Notes: generated by a model not told the origin, from the letters alone. DNA of 64,000 nucleotides from Flavobacterium sp. (GCF_047602195.1 NZ_JASGHW010000003.1:167173-231172); one strand, 5' to 3'; shown: positions 42,026 to 51,411, numbered from the stretch's first letter. Translations and numbers: made by a program.

Positions 42026-42950
42026 TTGAGACCAAACAGACCCATATTCGTTTTGATCCTGCTTTTCGCAATGGCCACTTCCTTTGCACAAAGCGGGCTA
42101 AACCGTTTCCTAACCCCGGCTGATACCTTAAGCAAACCCCGTGCTTTGGGCGTGACCATTTCTATGGGTGTTTTGGCCGGTGGCTCGATTGCTTTGCTCA
42201 ACCAGTCTTGGTATTCCGATTACGACAAAACCGATTTCCATACCGTCAACGACAATGCCGAGTGGCTGCAGGTCGATAAGGCCGGACATGTTTTCTCGGC
42301 TTACCACCTCGGAAGACTGGGCAAGGAAGCCTTGCAATGGTCGGGCGAAACGCGGACCAAACAATTGGTTTACGGCCCCGGACTGGGTTTGCTCTATTTG
42401 AGCGCGGTCGAAATCATGGACGGCTATTCTTCGAACTGGGGATTTTCGTATGGTGATATGGCGGCCAATGTTGGCGGGACGGCTTTGTTTGTCGGCCAGG
42501 AATTGCTGTGGAAAGAGCAGCGCATCACGCCAAAATTTTCATTCCATACGACCGAATATGCTTCGGCGCGCCCGAACGTGCTCGGAGAAAACTTGCCCGA
42601 ACAAATCCTCAAGGACTACAATGGACAGACTTATTGGCTGTCTGCCAATGTGCATTCGTTTCTCAAAAACACCAGTGTCAAAGTACCCAAATGGCTCAAT
42701 GTCGCGATCGGTTATGGAGGCGAAGGGATGATCACCGGCGAGGATGTTTTGGTCAATACCGTTTTTCTCGAAAGAAAAGGAAAGAACGCGCCAATTTTAC
42801 TTCAGTTTTGACGCCGACCTGACCAAAATCGAAACCAAATCGCACGTGTTGAAGACCCTTTTTTCGGTTTTCAATACCGTCAAAATCCCCGCGCCGACTA
42901 TTGAATTGCGCGGTGACGGCAAGGCAAAATTCCGCTACCTTTATTTTTAG
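42026..42950 (+). pseudogene. DUF2279-family outer-membrane or lipoprotein-like gene interrupted by one extra A at 42767-42776 (CTCGAAAGAA)
   Basis: ORF 41963-42811 ends ...NTVFLERKGKNAPILLQF*. The +1 frame continues EKERTRQFYFSFDADLTKIETKSHVLKTLFSVFNTVKIPAPTIELRGDGKAKFRYLYF* to 42950. Removing one A joins the two pieces as ...VFLEEKERTRQFYF... A probable TTG start at 42026 gives the signal peptide MRPNRPIFVLILLFAMATSFAQ. Confidence 0.7.
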
Positions 42951-42992
42951 AAAACTTTAACTGATTGATTTTCAGTAACTAGTTATTTGTCG

Positions 42993-43000
42993 TATATTTG
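42993..43000 (+). promoter_or_regulatory. Candidate -7 box (TAnnTTTG) for the 43049 gene
   Basis: TATATTTG lies about 49 nt upstream of the ATG at 43049. Confidence 0.4.
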
Positions 43001-43048
43001 CACCGCAGAAATTTCCGCAACGTGACAGGTTCGGAAGAAAACCAAAGT

Positions 43049-43684
43049 ATGATTAAAAAATGGTGTTTTTATATTGCAATTCTCTTTTCAGTCGCTTATT
43101 TGAGTTCGGGTTTTAAGCCTTCAAGGCTCCAAAATCAAGAATGGTTGCAGACCCATTCGAATGAGCAAATCACCTATTCGCTTCCTTCCAAAGAACAAAA
43201 CGATTACATCCGCCTCAACGTTCCTTTTACCGGTAAATTCTTTATCGGTTTTAAAGAAGCACTTGCTTTCAAGGAATCACAAGGCAAATACCATAAAGTC
43301 AACACGCTCGGTTATCTGGGGAAATACCAATTCGGCCGTGAAACCTTAAAATCGATCGGCATCCACGACAGCCTCGCTTTTTTGCGCAGTCCCAAATTGC
43401 AGGAAAAAGCGTTCGTGGCCCTGTTGTCCAAAAACAAATGGGAATTGCGCGACGAGATCAAGAAATATTCCGGCAGGATCATCAGCGGCGTCAAGATCAC
43501 CGAGTCGGGAATCCTTGCGGCGGCCCACCTCGGCGGTGTCGGCTCGGTCAAGAAATTTCTGTGCAGCAATGGCGAAAAGAAATGCAAGGACGATTACGGC
43601 ACTTCGGTCAAAAGTTATATGAAAATGTTCGGCGGGTATGAAACCCAGGGAATCATCGCCGACAGTTCTGCCAAGGCCAAATAA
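43049..43684 (+). CDS. Hypothetical membrane-anchored protein with a possible lysozyme or lytic-transglycosylase-like domain
   Basis: An N-terminal TM segment is present (MIKKWCFYIAILFSVAYLSS). The pattern FKESQGKY...GYLGKYQFG...ILAAAHLGGVG resembles the SLT-type pattern ES...G.xQ...AYN.G. This is by eye only. Confidence 0.5.
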   Translation: MIKKWCFYIAILFSVAYLSSGFKPSRLQNQEWLQTHSNEQITYSLPSKEQNDYIRLNVPFTGKFFIGFKEALAFKESQGKYHKVNTLGYLGKYQFGRETLKSIGIHDSLAFLRSPKLQEKAFVALLSKNKWELRDEIKKYSGRIISGVKITESGILAAAHLGGVGSVKKFLCSNGEKKCKDDYGTSVKSYMKMFGGYETQGIIADSSAKAK

Positions 43685-43703
43685 TTTTGAAACAAAATTG
43701 ATA

Positions 43704-43733
43704 CAAACCTGTCAGCAATGGCAGGTTTTTTTA
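43704..43733. terminator. Bidirectional terminator between convergent genes
   Basis: The stem AACCTGTCA/TGGCAGGTT with loop GCAA is followed by T7. Confidence 0.65.
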
Positions 43734-44201
43734 TTTTTGAAAGGTTAGGACTTTAATGAGTTCCTTTTCCTCCGGCGTCAGTCCCTTGAGGGTAATTCCT
43801 ACGCAAGTTGTTGTAAACCCTGCTTCTCCAAATTCAAAAAAGACATTTCCGGAATCGGAATTCAGGTCAAATTTTTTGAGCGCCCCAATCGCAGTCAGGC
43901 TGTTGTCACTGATGCTCATAGGATAATCCATCACCTTATATTTTCCAATCCTATAAAACGGCAAGATGACCAAACCCTTTTCGAGGAAAATCAAATCGCA
44001 GCGCCGGAACAAATAACGGCTATTTTTGAGCCCTACCGTGTAGGTCGAACAGGCTACCGATTTTTTTTCTGCGAGAATTTGGTCTTTGCACCGCTCGTAA
44101 AATTGGTCCAGTTGAAATTTTGCCCGATCATGGGCTTGTTTGGTGCTCCAAATGAGAATGGCCAACAGTCCGCCAATCATTATAAAAGGAATCGGAGTCA
44201 T
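43731..44201 (-). CDS. Hypothetical protein with an N-terminal TM helix
   Basis: The N-terminus is MTPIPFIMIGGLLAILIW. No family was recognised. Confidence 0.5.
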   Translation of the reverse strand: MTPIPFIMIGGLLAILIWSTKQAHDRAKFQLDQFYERCKDQILAEKKSVACSTYTVGLKNSRYLFRRCDLIFLEKGLVILPFYRIGKYKVMDYPMSISDNSLTAIGALKKFDLNSDSGNVFFEFGEAGFTTTCVGITLKGLTPEEKELIKVLTFQK

Positions 44202-44216
44202 ATTGATTAATTTTTA

Positions 44217-44325
44217 TTGGGCGTGCCCCTGCGGGTCGCGCTTTTCGCTTTATCTTTTACGGCTTCGTCCCGTAGAGTCGGGACTGCGTCCGCAAAAGGA
44301 TACCGCTGCAATCGCTCACGCGCCC
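44217..44325. repeat. Intergenic palindromic repeat element, family 1-related, copy 3
   Basis: The left end is GGGCGTG...GCGCTTTTCGCTTTATCTTTTAC. The central hairpin is GTCCCG/CGGGAC. The right end is GCAAAAGGATACCGCTGCAATCGCTCACGCGCCC. Confidence 0.6.
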
Positions 44326-44330
44326 TCGAA

Positions 44331-45068
44331 TCAAAACTTGTGGATGATAAAAATCGCCGGCCTGTTGTGCAAATCCACCTTGATTTTTTTCCAATCCTGC
44401 ACGCGCAACGTTTTGATGAATTCGGTCGGCAAGGTCAGGTCGGCAGCGACACACAAATGCGTGTTGGGTTGCAAGGTTTGCAGTAAATCTTCCAATAGTT
44501 TGTTGTTGCGGTACGGCGTTTCTATAAACAACTGCGACTGGTTTTTATTTTGGGAAAGTGTTTCAAAATTTTTCAAGGCCGACTTCTTTTCGCCTTTGTC
44601 GATCGGCAAATAACCATTGAATGCAAAACTCTGCCCGTTCATTCCTGAACCCATTACCGCCAATAGGATAGAGGATGGCCCGACTAGCGGCACGACCTGG
44701 ATCCCTTTTTCATGCGCGAGCTTGACAATCGCCGCACCCGGATCGGCCACGCCAGGACAACCCGCTTCGCTCATCAGTCCCACGTTTTTGCCTTCGAGGC
44801 AAGGTTGGATCATCGCGTTGTACTCGGAAGTTTCAGTGTGTTTGTTTAAGGCAGAAAGCCGTAATGTTGCTTGTACTTTGGCCGGTTCGATGGCCTTGAT
44901 GAAACGGCGTGCGGTTTTTTCGTTCTCCACGATATAATCGTCGATAAAACCAATCGTGCGTTGGATGGTTTGCGGCAAGACTTCCGCGGCGTTTTGCTTG
45001 GCCAGTTCGCTGTCGTTCGGGTCGCAGAGCGGAACCGGAATCAAGTAGAGTTTGCCTAAAGCTTTCAT
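44331..45068 (-). CDS. SAM-dependent methyltransferase of the tetrapyrrole-methylase (RsmI-like) superfamily
   Basis: LYLIPVPL, GLMSEAGCPGVADPG and ETPYRN blocks are present. The gene is the third of a dnaA-PTP-methylase string, as in Flavobacterium. Confidence 0.75.
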   Translation of the reverse strand: MKALGKLYLIPVPLCDPNDSELAKQNAAEVLPQTIQRTIGFIDDYIVENEKTARRFIKAIEPAKVQATLRLSALNKHTETSEYNAMIQPCLEGKNVGLMSEAGCPGVADPGAAIVKLAHEKGIQVVPLVGPSSILLAVMGSGMNGQSFAFNGYLPIDKGEKKSALKNFETLSQNKNQSQLFIETPYRNNKLLEDLLQTLQPNTHLCVAADLTLPTEFIKTLRVQDWKKIKVDLHNRPAIFIIHKF

Positions 45069-45532
45069 GGGTGTTGGGCCATCAATTTTTTGGCAATGAT
45101 GTCGCAGGTTTCGTTGAGCATTTGGTAAACGTTGTCGAAACCGTTCGCCAATCCATAATAAGGATCGGGTACGTCTACATTTTCACCCGGAAACAATTCG
45201 TTGAGGATCATTTTGACCTTGGCTTTGTGTTCGTCGGATTTGGCCATACGCAGCACATCGTCATAATTGGTGCTGTCCATCACATAGATGTAATCGAAAG
45301 CGTCAAAATCGGAAACAGAGAACAATTTGCCGCGTTGGCCCGAAATGTCCAATCCATTTCTTTTGGCCACATCGATCGAACGGCTGTCGGGTTGTTTGCC
45401 CACATGCCAATGACCGGTTCCGGCCGAATCGACGAGGAATTGGTCTTTCGGAAGTTTGGATGCCAACAGTCCTTCTGCCAAAGGCGAACGACAAATATTA
45501 CCCAGGCAAACCATTAAAATCTTAACAGGCAT
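45065..45532 (-). CDS. Low-molecular-weight protein-tyrosine phosphatase
   Basis: The P-loop is VCLGNICRSP (CX5R-S). The DSAGT and DPYY motifs are present. Confidence 0.92.
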   Translation of the reverse strand: MPVKILMVCLGNICRSPLAEGLLASKLPKDQFLVDSAGTGHWHVGKQPDSRSIDVAKRNGLDISGQRGKLFSVSDFDAFDYIYVMDSTNYDDVLRMAKSDEHKAKVKMILNELFPGENVDVPDPYYGLANGFDNVYQMLNETCDIIAKKLMAQHP

Positions 45533-45534
45533 TG

Positions 45535-46962
45535 TTAAAGCGAGAGTTTCTTGTTGATGTCTTCAACGAATTTCTTGAACTGCTTGTCGGTGGCGACGAG
45601 GTTATCGACGGTCTTGCAAGCGTGCAATACCGTAGCGTGGTCGCGGTCCCCGATTTGCGAACCGATGTTGGCCAGTGAAGCCTTCGTGAATTTCTTCGCA
45701 AAGAACATCGCCAATTGTCTGGCCTGCACCACGTGGCGTTTTCTGGTTTTCGATTGCAGGGTTTCGAGGTCCAACTGGAAATAATCGGATACGATTTTCT
45801 GGATGTAATCGATCGAGATTTCGCGTTTGACATTCTTGACGAATTTCTCGACCACGTGTTTGGCGAGCTCGATCGTCACTTCTTTTTTGTTGAAAGAAGA
45901 CTGCGCAATCAAGGAGATAATCGCGCCCTCGAGCTCACGAACATTCGATTTGATGTTGCGCGCGACGTATTCGATGATTTCCTCGGGCATGTCCACACCG
46001 TCGCGGTACAAGATGTTCTTGAGGATCGAGATACGCGTTTCGTAATCGGGTTGGTGCAATTCGGCAGACAATCCCCATTTGAAACGCGAGAGCAAACGTT
46101 GCTCGATGTCCTGCATGTCCACCGGCGCCTTGTCTGAAGTCAGGATGACCTGTTTGCCGTTTTGGTGCAGGTAATTGAAGATGTGGAAAAACACATCCTG
46201 TGTTCCTGATTTTCCGGAAAGGAATTGCACGTCATCGATAATCAACACATCGATCAATTGATAGAAGTGGATGAAATCGTTGCGGTTGTTTTTCTTGACC
46301 GAATCAATATACTGTTGCGTGAAAATCTCGGCTGAAATGTACAGCACGGTTTTCTCGGGATATTTGTCCTTGATTTCGACCCCAATCGCGTGCGCCAAAT
46401 GTGTCTTTCCGAGACCGACGCCTCCGAAAATGAGCAATGGGTTAAACGAGGTTCCGCCCGGTTTGTTGGCTACGGCCATACCGGCAGAGCGCGCGAGTCG
46501 GTTCGAATCGCCTTCGAGGAAATTGTCGAAACTGTAATTCGCGTTGAGCTGGGATTCGATTTTGAGGTTCCGGATGCCGGGAATCACAAACGGATTCTTG
46601 AGTTCCGGACTTAGGTTTTTGAATGGAGCATCGACTTCCTGCGACTTGACAGGCGAGCGGTGCGCACTGGGCAACTGTTCGGTGAACGGTTGTTTGTTGC
46701 CGTAAGTGTTTTCCATCTTGATTTTATAGAGTAACTTTGCGTTTTTTCCGAGTTCTTTCGTAAGCGCCACTTTCAACAATTTGACGTAATGTTCTTCCAG
46801 CCATTCATAGAAAAATTTACTAGGAACTTGGATGTACAAAGCATTATCGGTGAGCTCAACAGACTTAATCGGTTCAAACCAGGTTTTGTAAGCCTGATCC
46901 TGGATATTGTCCTTTATGAATAAGAGACAATTTTCCCATACTGATTGCGCAGTTTTGCTCAT
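45535..46962 (-). CDS. dnaA: Chromosomal replication initiator protein DnaA
   Basis: Walker A is GGVGLGKTHL and Walker B is LIIDDVQFL. The C-terminal DNA-binding domain reads RKRHVVQARQLAMFF...GDRDHATVLHA. The protein is 475 aa from the ATG at 46962. Confidence 0.96.
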   Translation of the reverse strand: MSKTAQSVWENCLLFIKDNIQDQAYKTWFEPIKSVELTDNALYIQVPSKFFYEWLEEHYVKLLKVALTKELGKNAKLLYKIKMENTYGNKQPFTEQLPSAHRSPVKSQEVDAPFKNLSPELKNPFVIPGIRNLKIESQLNANYSFDNFLEGDSNRLARSAGMAVANKPGGTSFNPLLIFGGVGLGKTHLAHAIGVEIKDKYPEKTVLYISAEIFTQQYIDSVKKNNRNDFIHFYQLIDVLIIDDVQFLSGKSGTQDVFFHIFNYLHQNGKQVILTSDKAPVDMQDIEQRLLSRFKWGLSAELHQPDYETRISILKNILYRDGVDMPEEIIEYVARNIKSNVRELEGAIISLIAQSSFNKKEVTIELAKHVVEKFVKNVKREISIDYIQKIVSDYFQLDLETLQSKTRKRHVVQARQLAMFFAKKFTKASLANIGSQIGDRDHATVLHACKTVDNLVATDKQFKKFVEDINKKLSL

Positions 46963-47163
46963 AAATTGTAATAAATTAGTGTTTTTATTAAAGGTTCTCT
47001 TACAAGAAAAACAGTGGGTTTTTGCTTGTTTTTCGGGGTAACAAATATGTGAACAAAAATCGTTAAAAAAAAATAAAAATCGAGTTGATTTTTTAAAATT
47101 ATTATTGTAAGACGACATTTCTTACCCTATTGCAATGTACTAAATTTCTAATTAAAAAACCAT

Positions 47164-47577
47164 ATGAAAACATCCGAAGTTCAAGTTCGCGTAAGATATT
47201 CTGAGACAGACCAAATGGGGGTCGTTTACCACGGCAATTACTTGCCGTACTTCGAAATTGGCCGTGTCGAATGGTTGCGCGAAAAGGGCGTTTCCTACAA
47301 ATGGATGGAAGAAAATGGTGTCGGATTGCCGATTGCCTCGCTGACTTTGAACTACAAAAAACCGGCGCGCTATGATGAGTTATTAACAGTCAAGACGACC
47401 TTCAAAAGTCAAAGTTCTGTCAAGATCGAATTCGACTGTGAAATCGTCAATGAGCAGGGTGAATTATTGACGACGATGTACATTATGTTGGTCTTTGTCA
47501 ATTTCCAAACCGGGCGTCCGATTCCACCGCCGGATTACATCAAATCGATACTCGAAAAAATAGAAAAAGAAGCGTAA
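47164..47577 (+). CDS. Acyl-CoA thioesterase, YbgC/4HBT hot-dog family
   Basis: VRVRYSETDQMGVVYHGNY is the typical N-terminal catalytic Asp context. Confidence 0.82.
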   Translation: MKTSEVQVRVRYSETDQMGVVYHGNYLPYFEIGRVEWLREKGVSYKWMEENGVGLPIASLTLNYKKPARYDELLTVKTTFKSQSSVKIEFDCEIVNEQGELLTTMYIMLVFVNFQTGRPIPPPDYIKSILEKIEKEA

Positions 47578-47582
47578 AAATT

Positions 47583-48194
47583 TTAAGGTTTGGGTTGGAT
47601 CGAAACTTCAAACATCGACTCGAAAATTTCCTGGATCATCGCCGCATTTTTTTGACGCGTCGCGATTTCGATCTCGCAGCTCATCTCCATTTTCTGGCCG
47701 ATGATCTCGAGGTTCTTTTCCTTGACCACACGCATGACCTTGTTCATGTTTTTGTAGTCGAATAAAACCAGGAAATGCACATCGATGGTGCGCTCGACGA
47801 TAGCGGCATTTTCCAAAGCCATTTGCGCCGCCGTACGGTAAGCCGTAATCAATCCGCCGACGCCGAGCTTGACGCCTCCGAAAAACCGGACGACCACAAT
47901 CAGGATATTGGTCAGCCCAAACGATTGGATCTGTCCGTAAATGGGCATGCCGGCCGAATTCGATGGTTCGCCGTCGTCGTTGGCGCGAAAGGCAATTTTC
48001 GTCGTGCCCATCTGCCAGGCATAACAAAAATGTACCGCGCCGAAATGGCGTTTGCGCAATGTCTCGAGATGGTTCTTGATTTCATCCTCCGAAGTCACGG
48101 GAAAAGCATAGCCGAAAAACTTGCTGTTCTTCTCCTTGTATAATATCTCATCGGAAGGTTCGGAAAGGGTTTGGTAAGTATCTTCAGGTTTCAA
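47583..48194 (-). CDS. YigZ/IMPACT-family protein (UPF0029)
   Basis: The block KNSKFFGYAFPV...HFCYAW...DDGEPSNSAGMPI is present. Confidence 0.82.
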   Translation of the reverse strand: MKPEDTYQTLSEPSDEILYKEKNSKFFGYAFPVTSEDEIKNHLETLRKRHFGAVHFCYAWQMGTTKIAFRANDDGEPSNSAGMPIYGQIQSFGLTNILIVVVRFFGGVKLGVGGLITAYRTAAQMALENAAIVERTIDVHFLVLFDYKNMNKVMRVVKEKNLEIIGQKMEMSCEIEIATRQKNAAMIQEIFESMFEVSIQPKP

Positions 48195-48200
48195 ATGCGG

Positions 48201-48803
48201 TTACAGTAGTTTTTTGTCGAACAAATGTACGACATCTTCCACACCTGGCTGCAAATTCCAGACTTGTAACCCGCATTCGGCCGCAGCATCGCAGTTTTCC
48301 TTCTTGTCATCGACGAACAAGGTCTTGCGCGGCGACAGATCATGCTTCCTTATAATGTAGTTGAAAATCTCGCAATCGGGTTTGCGCATGCCCATTTCAT
48401 ACGAATAGTAGACTTTCTCAAAGCACTGATAGAACGCGCTTGCAAACGATTCTCCCACCAATTCCTCGAACTGGCGGATGTGGATCGCGTCGGTATTGGT
48501 CAACAAAAACAAGCGGTATTTGTGTGAAAGCAATTGCAGGAACTCAAGCCGCTCGAGCGGAAATTCACCAATAATGGCATTCCATGCGTCGCGGATCGCC
48601 TCGATGTCGGCTTCGGGCAAATGCTTGCGGAAGCCATCCATGAATTGGTTTTCGGAAATCCTGCCCCTTTCAAATTCGTCGTTGAGCGCGAGCAATTCAT
48701 CATTCGGGCCGTTGAGCCCGAGTTTGCGGAACTGGTCGAGCGACTTTTCCTTCTCGAGGTTTACAAATACATCACCAAAATCAAAGATAATTGTGTTAAT
48801 CAT
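48201..48803 (-). CDS. HAD-superfamily hydrolase (subfamily IA-like phosphatase)
   Basis: Motif I is IIFDFGDV, motif II is LLTNT and motif IV is FVDDKKEN. Confidence 0.8.
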   Translation of the reverse strand: MINTIIFDFGDVFVNLEKEKSLDQFRKLGLNGPNDELLALNDEFERGRISENQFMDGFRKHLPEADIEAIRDAWNAIIGEFPLERLEFLQLLSHKYRLFLLTNTDAIHIRQFEELVGESFASAFYQCFEKVYYSYEMGMRKPDCEIFNYIIRKHDLSPRKTLFVDDKKENCDAAAECGLQVWNLQPGVEDVVHLFDKKLL

Positions 48804-49872
48804 ACTGCCTGAATATTAAAAGTTCGTCGCTGCCGATGGTTTGTCTGTGCTGCCAATTGGCGTTGAAATCCGGGGCCGGGATGCCGTCGCCCAAAACAAT
48901 CGGGCTCTTGAAAACCCGCGCCTCGTCCCACAATCCCGAATCGATGAAAGACTGTAGTGTTTGGCGTCCGCCTTCCACAATCACCGATTGCAGGTTTTGC
49001 CTGTAAAGGACATCCGCAATTTGCTGCGGAATAGCCGTGACCTCGACTGGATTCAAACCCGTAACCTTCTGGGCCGCAAAGTCAATGGCAATCCAATCGA
49101 CATTGTCTTTTTTCCAATCGAAATCGTTCTCGCCAAACACGATGGTTCGTACCTGACTATCAAATATATAACTTTCTTTCGAAATCCGGTTGCTTTTGTC
49201 AATAACTAATCTGACGGGATTTGGACCACTCCAATCGCGCACGTCCAATTTCGGGTTGTCGTCAACAACAGTCTGGGTTCCCACGAGAATTGCCTGTTCT
49301 TTCGAACGCCATTTGTGCACCAATTGGCGCGCATAAATACCAGAAATCCACACCGGTTTTTGTTCATATCTTTTTTTCGGGGCAATCAATCCATCGGCAC
49401 TTTCGGCCCATTTCAAGATGATATAAGGCCGTTTCCTGTTATGGAACGTAAAAAAACGTTTGTTGAGTTCGCGGCATTCTTTTTCCAAAACGCCGACGAT
49501 CACATTTTTACCCGAAGCCTTGAGTTTGGCAATTCCGCTTCCGGCCACTTTTTCATTCGGGTCGACACAGCCCACGACGACATTCGGGATTTGATGGGCG
49601 ATGATCAAATCGCAACAGGGAGGCGTCTTGCCGAAATGCGAACAAGGCTCGAGGCTCACATAAATCGTCGCTTCTTTCAAAAGCGATTTGTCTTTGACCG
49701 CGTTTACGGCATTGACCTCGGCATGCGGTTCGCCTGATTTTTGGTGCCAGCCTTCGCCGATGATTTTGCCGTTGTGCACGATCACGCTGCCCACCATCGG
49801 GTTCGGATAAGTCGTCCCCAGCCCATTTTGGGCCAGTTCGATGCAGCGTTGCATATACAGTTGGTGGTTCAT
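48796..49872 (-). CDS. ribD: Bifunctional riboflavin biosynthesis protein RibD (pyrimidine deaminase/reductase)
   Basis: Zn-deaminase motifs HAEVNA and PCSHFGKTPPC are present, with a C-terminal RibD_C reductase domain. Confidence 0.93.
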   Translation of the reverse strand: MNHQLYMQRCIELAQNGLGTTYPNPMVGSVIVHNGKIIGEGWHQKSGEPHAEVNAVNAVKDKSLLKEATIYVSLEPCSHFGKTPPCCDLIIAHQIPNVVVGCVDPNEKVAGSGIAKLKASGKNVIVGVLEKECRELNKRFFTFHNRKRPYIILKWAESADGLIAPKKRYEQKPVWISGIYARQLVHKWRSKEQAILVGTQTVVDDNPKLDVRDWSGPNPVRLVIDKSNRISKESYIFDSQVRTIVFGENDFDWKKDNVDWIAIDFAAQKVTGLNPVEVTAIPQQIADVLYRQNLQSVIVEGGRQTLQSFIDSGLWDEARVFKSPIVLGDGIPAPDFNANWQHRQTIGSDELLIFRQYD

Positions 49873-49892
49873 GTGTGTAAAAATACTTCAAA

Positions 49893-49925
49893 ATTCGCTA
49901 TTCGTTGTTCGATGTTCGACATTTA
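49893..49925. repeat. TGTTCGA-heptamer repeat, left copy
   Basis: The sequence is TTCGTTGTTCGATGTTCGACATTT. It is a direct repeat of 50047-50064 and the inverted partner of 50095-50110. Confidence 0.65.
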
Positions 49926-49940
49926 AATATAATTTTGTTT

Positions 49941-50024
49941 AGGAGCTTTTCCGGCTTTCCACTGCAATCTTTTTAAAACTCCTTTCGTCGTTTCAAAAAG
50001 GATTTCCGTTTCAATCCGGGCTAG
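49941..50024. repeat. Intergenic palindromic repeat element, family 1, copy 2
   Basis: The element runs AGGAGCTTTTCCGGCTTTCCACTGCAATCTTTTT...AAAAAGGATTTCCGTTTCAATCCGGGCTAG. Confidence 0.75.
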
Positions 50025-50043
50025 TGCATCTGTTCAATATTCA

Positions 50044-50112
50044 GTGTTCGTTGTTCGACATTTGACATTCATTTTTGAATAACGAATGATGATTAACGAA
50101 CATCGAACAAAG
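50044..50112. repeat. TGTTCGA-heptamer palindrome upstream of prmC
   Basis: GTGTTCGTTGTTCGACATTTGACATTC...GAATG...TTAACGAACATCGAACAA forms a ~14-bp stem with one mismatch, and an inner CATTC/GAATG pair is present. Confidence 0.65.
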
Positions 50113-50120
50113 AAGTTCAA

Positions 50121-50963
50121 ATGAAGATTATAGATTACAGGAATTATTTCATCCAAACCCTTACGCCGCTCTACGATGCCGCCGAAGCGGAAAGTTTTTT
50201 CTATCTGATTCTCGAACACCAAACGGGAATGAAACGCATCGATTTGGCGCTCGATCGCGACCGCGAATTTTCGCAAACAGAAATCGAAACCTGGAACCCA
50301 ATTCTCGAACAACTCAAACAGTTCGTCCCGATACAATATATAATAGGTACAACCGAATTCTTCGGACTCGAATTCGAGGTCAACCCCAACGTACTGATTC
50401 CACGTCCCGAAACCGAGGAACTCGTACAGTGGATTTTGTCGAACAATCCCAATGGCAATGTCAAAATACTCGACATCGGAACCGGTTCGGGTTGCATCGC
50501 CATTTCGCTCGCCAAAAATTTACCCGATGCGCAGGTGTCGGCCATCGATGTCTCCGAAGAAGCTTTGGAAACTGCAAAGCGCAACGCCCAGCGCAATGAA
50601 ACAAAAGTGAATTTCATTCAAAGAAATATTTTACAGACCGAAAATCTGGAAGAAACTTTCGACATCATTGTTTCCAACCCGCCTTATGTGCGAAACCTCG
50701 AAAAAGAAGAAATCAAAAAGAACGTACTCGAGCACGAACCACACCTGGCATTATTCGTCGACGACCACGATGCGCTGTTGTTCTACCGCAAAATTGCAGA
50801 TCTCGCGCTTCAAAATCTTTCGCCCAAAGGCCAACTGTACTTTGAAATCAACCAATACCTGGGCAAAGAAATGATGGATCTACTCGAGCAGAAAGGTTTC
50901 TCCCAACTCGAATTGCGGGCAGACATTTACGGAAACCACCGGATGGTTTTCGGCAGGATTTAA
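50121..50963 (+). CDS. prmC: Release factor glutamine N5-methyltransferase PrmC/HemK
   Basis: The SAM motif is ILDIGTGSGCI. The catalytic motif is NPPY (IVSNPPYV). Confidence 0.92.
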   Translation: MKIIDYRNYFIQTLTPLYDAAEAESFFYLILEHQTGMKRIDLALDRDREFSQTEIETWNPILEQLKQFVPIQYIIGTTEFFGLEFEVNPNVLIPRPETEELVQWILSNNPNGNVKILDIGTGSGCIAISLAKNLPDAQVSAIDVSEEALETAKRNAQRNETKVNFIQRNILQTENLEETFDIIVSNPPYVRNLEKEEIKKNVLEHEPHLALFVDDHDALLFYRKIADLALQNLSPKGQLYFEINQYLGKEMMDLLEQKGFSQLELRADIYGNHRMVFGRI

Positions 50964-51326
50964 TTATTTAAACCGTTCGGGATGGTCCATCATGTGTTGG
51001 ATCATGGTTCCAATGGCGGTACAACGGTTGAGCATCGGCGCTAAAGTTTCGGCATCGATGTAGTTGCAATTGGCCGCCAGCTCGAGCCAGGTATACGTTT
51101 GGCCGTTCGCAGAATTGGCGTCGATGAGCGTGGTCTGGTAATACTTGACGAATTTTGTCCGGTGCATCGCCTCAGACAAATGCACACAGACATTCCGCGA
51201 AGAAAGCCGCATGGGTTTGGTGACGATTTCGAATTCCTCTTGCGGAAACTGTTTGGAAATCTCAAAAATGGATTGCGCCAATTTAGCGGCCGATCGGTAG
51301 GCGGGTAAATCTTGAACTTTCATCAT
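50964..51326 (-). CDS. Four-helix-bundle protein (23S rRNA intervening-sequence protein family)
   Basis: The protein is 120 aa. It shows the AYRSAAKLAQSIFEISKQFPQEE...RLSSRNVCVHLSEA pattern typical of TIGR02436-like proteins. Confidence 0.75.
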   Translation of the reverse strand: MMKVQDLPAYRSAAKLAQSIFEISKQFPQEEFEIVTKPMRLSSRNVCVHLSEAMHRTKFVKYYQTTLIDANSANGQTYTWLELAANCNYIDAETLAPMLNRCTAIGTMIQHMMDHPERFK

Positions 51327-51411
51327 TCGGAATAATTGCGGTAGGCTAATTTCGCAACTTGAAATGAAATCGGATTACAGATTTTCTGCCGTAAATCTTA
51401 AATTTTTATCG

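Noticed and set aside
44217-44613. Small ORFs 44140-44613, 44217-44486 and 44257-44454.
   Set aside because: They are generated by the family-1 repeat element and by antisense reading of the methyltransferase gene, and they are not independent genes.
46499-46510. A tRNA T-arm-like sequence, CGGTTCGAATCG.
   Set aside because: It lies inside the dnaA coding region. It has no acceptor, D or anticodon arms around it. It is a chance match.
46963-47163. Calling this spacer oriC outright.
   Set aside because: Only one degenerate DnaA-box-like 9-mer was seen and no clear DUE or box cluster. It is reported as an open question rather than a feature.
49873-50120. The FMN (RFN) riboswitch expected upstream of ribD.
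   Set aside because: The minus-strand leader consists of the repeat elements described above. I could not find the conserved RFN core segments. A covariance-model scan would be needed to be certain.
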